Part shown: positions 60,262-64,000 of the stretch, piece by piece | Layout: each line of letters begins with the position of its first letter | Position numbering within the stretch: the first letter of the stretch is position 1 | Assembly (NCBI GenBank): GCA_041746575.1 | Contig: JBGTGT010000123.1 | Location: 64,001 to 128,000 of the forward strand | Direction: 5' to 3' | Source: Microcystaceae cyanobacterium | GTDB taxonomy: Bacteria > Cyanobacteriota > Cyanobacteriia > Cyanobacteriales > Microcystaceae | Length of the DNA: 64,000 bases | Notes under the pieces: generated by a model | Database searches by the model: none | The model's input: only the letters and a program-made list of their open reading frames with translations | Told to the model about the DNA's origin: nothing | Position numbers and translations under genes: made by a program

Positions 60262-60682
60262 GAATCGTCCTCGCCAACATTGTTTGGAAAACAGGACGAA
60301 GCAATTTAAGAGTGGATGATGCTTTAGCACGCTTAAGATTGGCTCAAAATCCCCAGACCAAGTTGTCCATCCCTGCTCTAAAATATTCACAACAGAGGAG
60401 TAGATGTCTCAAGCTGGATTCAGCATAATATTATGATTCTAATATTGCAAACTACTATAACAGATTCTGTCACAATTTGAACGTTTTTTAACAAATCTTT
60501 AGCTTATCTGAAGCGATCCTCAAAAACGACTACGGCTTTGGATAGACAAATATTGCAGAAACGCGCTCCGTTCTCTCTAGAAAGTAAGAGTTTCATCCCA
60601 TGAATCATTGAACTTTAGAAGGAAGAAATTCCTAAGCTGAATCGTTAACATGAAGGCATATGCACAATCGGAGAAGCATTTT

Positions 60683-60865
60683 ATGAGTACTGAAGATCGA
60701 GTCAAAGCAACCGCGAAAAACGTCGAGGGTAAAGCCCAAGAAATGAAAGGCGAAGTAACCGGCGACCCTAAAGATAAAGCAGAAGGAAAAGCCAAACAAA
60801 CAGAGGCACAAGCAAAACACGCCAAAGAAGATGTTAAAGACGAAGTCAAAAAAGCCGTTGATTAA
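60683..60865 (+). CDS. csbD: CsbD family general stress protein
   Basis: MSTEDRVKATAKNVEGKAQE..G.VTGD....AEGKAKQ; GGAG RBS. Confidence 0.88.
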   Translation: MSTEDRVKATAKNVEGKAQEMKGEVTGDPKDKAEGKAKQTEAQAKHAKEDVKDEVKKAVD

Positions 60866-60955
60866 TCATCATCTGCTTTAAGGCTGAGAAACGGTGTCTT
60901 TAGCCGAGACACCTTTCAACGTCGAAACCTAATTGCCAATTAGAGGAACAAAACC

Positions 60956-61138
60956 ATGAGTACTGAAGATCGAGTCAAAGCAACGATGAAAAACGTCGAA
61001 GGTAAGGCTCAGGAAATGGTAGGTGAAGTAACCGGCGATCCTAAAGATAAAGCAGAAGGAAAAGCCAAACAAAAAGAAGCACAAGTTCGCCATAGCGTCG
61101 AAAATGTCAAAGATAACCTTAAAAAAACAATCGATTAA
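60956..61138 (+). CDS. csbD: CsbD family general stress protein (tandem paralogue)
   Basis: Near-identical to the preceding gene; GAGGA RBS. Confidence 0.88.
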   Translation: MSTEDRVKATMKNVEGKAQEMVGEVTGDPKDKAEGKAKQKEAQVRHSVENVKDNLKKTID

Positions 61139-61188
61139 ATTTTAATCCGTTTTATAGACTTTTTAGATTCACGATAAACCGTCTCAAC

Positions 61189-61226
61189 TGCTTCTCGTTT
61201 GTTTTCCATTCGAGGAGCATTTTATT
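61189..61226 (+). terminator. Putative intrinsic terminator after the csbD pair
   Basis: Stem TGCTTCTCG...CGAGGAGCA followed by TTTTATT. Confidence 0.5.
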
Positions 61227-61479
61227 ACCCTTTCCTAAGCGTTAAAAGGGAGCATTTAGGTTAAAATAAAGATCCCCTCCTTTTTGGGTAAGGATTGTCC
61301 CTCACTGTTCATTTTTAGGGAAAGCCTATCTGGTTTTCTGGCAAAAGAGACGATAGACTATATACTATGAAAGGCGAAATATTAATTCCCCTCCATACCC
61401 TCATGAAACAACCCAACGCAATGTCTATAAGCCGCTTTGATGCGTCAAATTAGTATAACGCAACAAAACTGACATAAAT

Positions 61480-62262
61480 TTGGGAAACTTATTTAAATGG
61501 AGCGAAATGCGTCAAGTTTTAATTCTGATCAATAGCGACGATAAATCCGGTGAACACTTAAGCCTCAAGTCGCCTATAGCACTAAGAATGGTAAATGCCC
61601 TAAAAGAGGCAATTACAAAAGACTCTCCTGAAATATCGCTGGAAGTCATGAGTGCCGCCGCCCTATGGTCAGATCACTTCAAAGAAATTCGACAGAACCC
61701 TGATCTTATTTATTGTCCCTTAACGATTCAACTGCCCCACTGGTTAGATTTTCCCCTGCAAAAAATCTTTATGGACTGTCGGGAGATCAAAGCCCGACGA
61801 CAATGGGTAGAACAGCATTTGGCTTATCCCACCTGTCAAGGGGACATCGGCTTAGGAAACTTGTGGTTACCCATTATTTGGACAGCAAAAGGGCCGCTTT
61901 ACGCGGAAGTCATCGGCGAAGGAGAAATGCCCAACGCGTACCAGCAACCGATTCATTTATCTAACAAAATACGTAAGCCATTGTATTCCTTAGCCTATCA
62001 GCTTTTGAACTCCCTTGATGCGCCCCCCTCGGCTTATTTACTACAATTTCGCCTTTCTACAGAACAACAAATCGTTTTTGATCGATTATGGCCATTTCCG
62101 GCCGCTCCAGCGATCGCCTCTTTGCACTATCAACAGCCTGATCTCTTTGCCTGTTATTGGCGATGTTTAACCCATCAGCCTATCTTAGACATTGCCATTA
62201 TTCCGCCCTTTGTCAATGCGGCTCAATCTTCTAGGGTGAAAGCCCCGAACAAGGTACGATAA
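61480..62262 (+). CDS. Conserved hypothetical protein
   Basis: Long open frame with globular composition; start may be the ATG at 61507. Confidence 0.65.
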   Translation: MGNLFKWSEMRQVLILINSDDKSGEHLSLKSPIALRMVNALKEAITKDSPEISLEVMSAAALWSDHFKEIRQNPDLIYCPLTIQLPHWLDFPLQKIFMDCREIKARRQWVEQHLAYPTCQGDIGLGNLWLPIIWTAKGPLYAEVIGEGEMPNAYQQPIHLSNKIRKPLYSLAYQLLNSLDAPPSAYLLQFRLSTEQQIVFDRLWPFPAAPAIASLHYQQPDLFACYWRCLTHQPILDIAIIPPFVNAAQSSRVKAPNKVR

Positions 62263-62296
62263 AGATTGATGAATGTTGATGGAAGTCTAAAAAGGA

Positions 62297-62851
62297 ATGT
62301 TTGGTAAAATACCCCTCGCCTTAGTGGGATTAGTCGTTGGTAGTATCTTAACCCTGATGGGTTTTGTCGCCTATGGCACGGGCAACGCCACTTTAAATTT
62401 AGCGGGATTTTTCTATGGAATTCCCCTATTATTAGGGGGTTTAGCCCTAAAATCTTCAGAAATTAAGCCGATTCCCTACAGTGAACCCGTCTCAGATGAC
62501 ATAGTAACTTTAAGAGAACAACAAGCCACCGTCGTTCAAAACAAGCTACGGAAGGATGTTACTCGTTATCGTTACGGTCAAGAGGTACATTTAGATGAAG
62601 CCTTGCAAAAAGTGGGGTTAAGTCCCAATGACCAAGTCAGACCAACCCTCGTTTTCCTGCAAGAAACGGCCACAGAGGGGGCTTATACTTTAATCTTACA
62701 ATTTGAATCCCCAAATCTCAATCTTGATCGATGGCACAAACAACAAGAACGAATTGAGAAATTTTTTGGACCTGATATTCGTGCCGAAATTACGCAACCC
62801 ACCGAGGAAATGATTAATTTGTCCTTAATTCGGGTCAACGCTCAAACTTAA
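62297..62851 (+). CDS. DUF2854 family membrane protein
   Basis: Two TMs, YGIPLLLGGLALK..E.KP, DVTRYRYG...HLD.AL, FFGP. Confidence 0.82.
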   Translation: MFGKIPLALVGLVVGSILTLMGFVAYGTGNATLNLAGFFYGIPLLLGGLALKSSEIKPIPYSEPVSDDIVTLREQQATVVQNKLRKDVTRYRYGQEVHLDEALQKVGLSPNDQVRPTLVFLQETATEGAYTLILQFESPNLNLDRWHKQQERIEKFFGPDIRAEITQPTEEMINLSLIRVNAQT

Positions 62852-63771
62852 GAAAAACGACGGCGTAGAAAAGCGGGTAAATCAATCTTCTCCTCAACAG
62901 GAGCAGGTTTAGGGGGTTTATCCGTGCCGTATTGGGTGGCAACTTTAGATAAATTAATCCGAAAACTGGGATAATGGAGGGCAGATTTGACAGGGTGTTC
63001 AGATTCTTCCGTTGTGGTAGGTTCAGGTAACAATACTTCATCAGATGATTCTAGCGGAACCGTTTGACCTGACCAAGGTTGAATCGGCGATCTCGAGGAA
63101 ATAGGCGTCGCAATAGACGGGTTTTGGGGAGGAGGCATCATATCCGAAGGCAATTCAAGGGTTTCCCCCGTATACTGTTCTAAGGCCGTTTTGTATTCTA
63201 GGGTATAACGCTGTTGACGTTGTAAACGACTGTGTAACTCACGAATATGCCGTTCGGCTGTTGTCAGTTGATGGGTTTTCGTTTGATGGTTTTCATCAAG
63301 GATGACGCATTCCCGCTCCAGTTGAGCCAATTGGGTTTGTAATTTTAATAATTCTGCTGTTAAAGTCTCAATCTCCCGCACTTTATTCTGGTTTTCTGTG
63401 ACAGAAGCCTCAAATTGTTGTTGTAGTTCTTCAATTTGGCTTTGTCTGACTTTCTCGGCAATGGAAACCGTCGGGGCTTCTTTGAGACGCTGTTGTTGGA
63501 TCATTTGATCTTGTTGAACTTGTGCCAAGGTTTGTTCTAACCGAACAACGGTTTGAATCAATTCTCGATTTTGTTCCTTTAATTTACAAGCCAATTGAAA
63601 CCAATCGGTGATTTCTCTTGATTCTTCTATTTTTTCTTCAAGATTATCCAGTGCCAAAATTTCTGGGGCTTCATCGGGCAAATAAGTAGGAGTACCCTCA
63701 ACATTGAGGAAGGATTGTTGATGAGGATTAACAGGGATAGATTCACTCATAGGGATGGACTTTCCAGACAC
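62848..63771 (-). CDS. Coiled-coil protein with an FtsZ-tail-like C-terminus
   Basis: Q/E/L heptads over about 140 aa, a Pro-rich linker, and terminal IDLPAFLRRRFS. Confidence 0.7.
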   Translation of the reverse strand: MSGKSIPMSESIPVNPHQQSFLNVEGTPTYLPDEAPEILALDNLEEKIEESREITDWFQLACKLKEQNRELIQTVVRLEQTLAQVQQDQMIQQQRLKEAPTVSIAEKVRQSQIEELQQQFEASVTENQNKVREIETLTAELLKLQTQLAQLERECVILDENHQTKTHQLTTAERHIRELHSRLQRQQRYTLEYKTALEQYTGETLELPSDMMPPPQNPSIATPISSRSPIQPWSGQTVPLESSDEVLLPEPTTTEESEHPVKSALHYPSFRINLSKVATQYGTDKPPKPAPVEEKIDLPAFLRRRFS

Positions 63772-63828
63772 ACTAACTTTTAAAGATGGCAGAAAGCCCC
63801 AATTAGTTTCCCGCGATTTTGCCCAGAA

Positions 63829-64000
63829 TTAGTCGTCACATATCAAGCGATCGTCTTCCTCTAAGGCAGGATTTGTTTTTAAATAAGGTGAAACCAATTG
63901 ACAGGCATAAGTGAGAGGATCTGAAGCCAAAATTTTCGGTAAATTCCACAAAATCAGTGTATTATCATCACCCACTGAAGCCAAAAAGGTGCCATCGGGA
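63829..64000 (-). CDS. 3' end of a WD40-repeat protein (start lies beyond the window)
   Basis: Manual translation: PDGTFLASVGDDNTLILWNL...YACQLVSPYLKTNP...LICDD*. Confidence 0.8.
   Translation of the reverse strand, partial: PDGTFLASVGDDNTLILWNLPKILASDPLTYACQLVSPYLKTNPALEEDDRLICDD

Overview
A 64 kb chromosomal window from a unicellular cyanobacterium, judged from abundant HIP1 GCGATCGC octamers, a ccmS-like gene and cyanobacterial-type ilvC/hemL/recN. The left part (1-18 kb) and right end are mostly housekeeping or conserved hypothetical genes. The main accessory block (18.7-32.1 kb) is a protease and secretion cluster: TpsB transporter, S8 subtilase, a stand-alone I9-prodomain-like protein, a small secreted Cys-tailed protein, an FHA-like TpsA, an exported TPR-CHAT caspase-like protease, DUF928 and an AAA_35-CHASE2 receptor with no enzymatic output. 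Further right are a c-di-AMP (ydaO) riboswitch ahead of an NrtABD-like ABC transporter and a P-type ATPase whose stop codon is supplied by a MITE. Next comes a mobile-element scar: a broken serine resolvase with a res-like palindrome, an IS630 inserted inside the terminal repeat of an IS701/IS4-like element, and a decapitated receiver domain. After that lie an Amt-HAMP fusion with a K+ channel, a XerC-like recombinase followed by six TATAGGT boxes including a dif-like core, a general-stress cluster (BON, two CsbD, DUF2294) and a coiled-coil protein ending in an FtsZ-tail-like peptide. No rRNA, tRNA or CRISPR array was seen. All family assignments come from motif recognition by eye; no database search was run.
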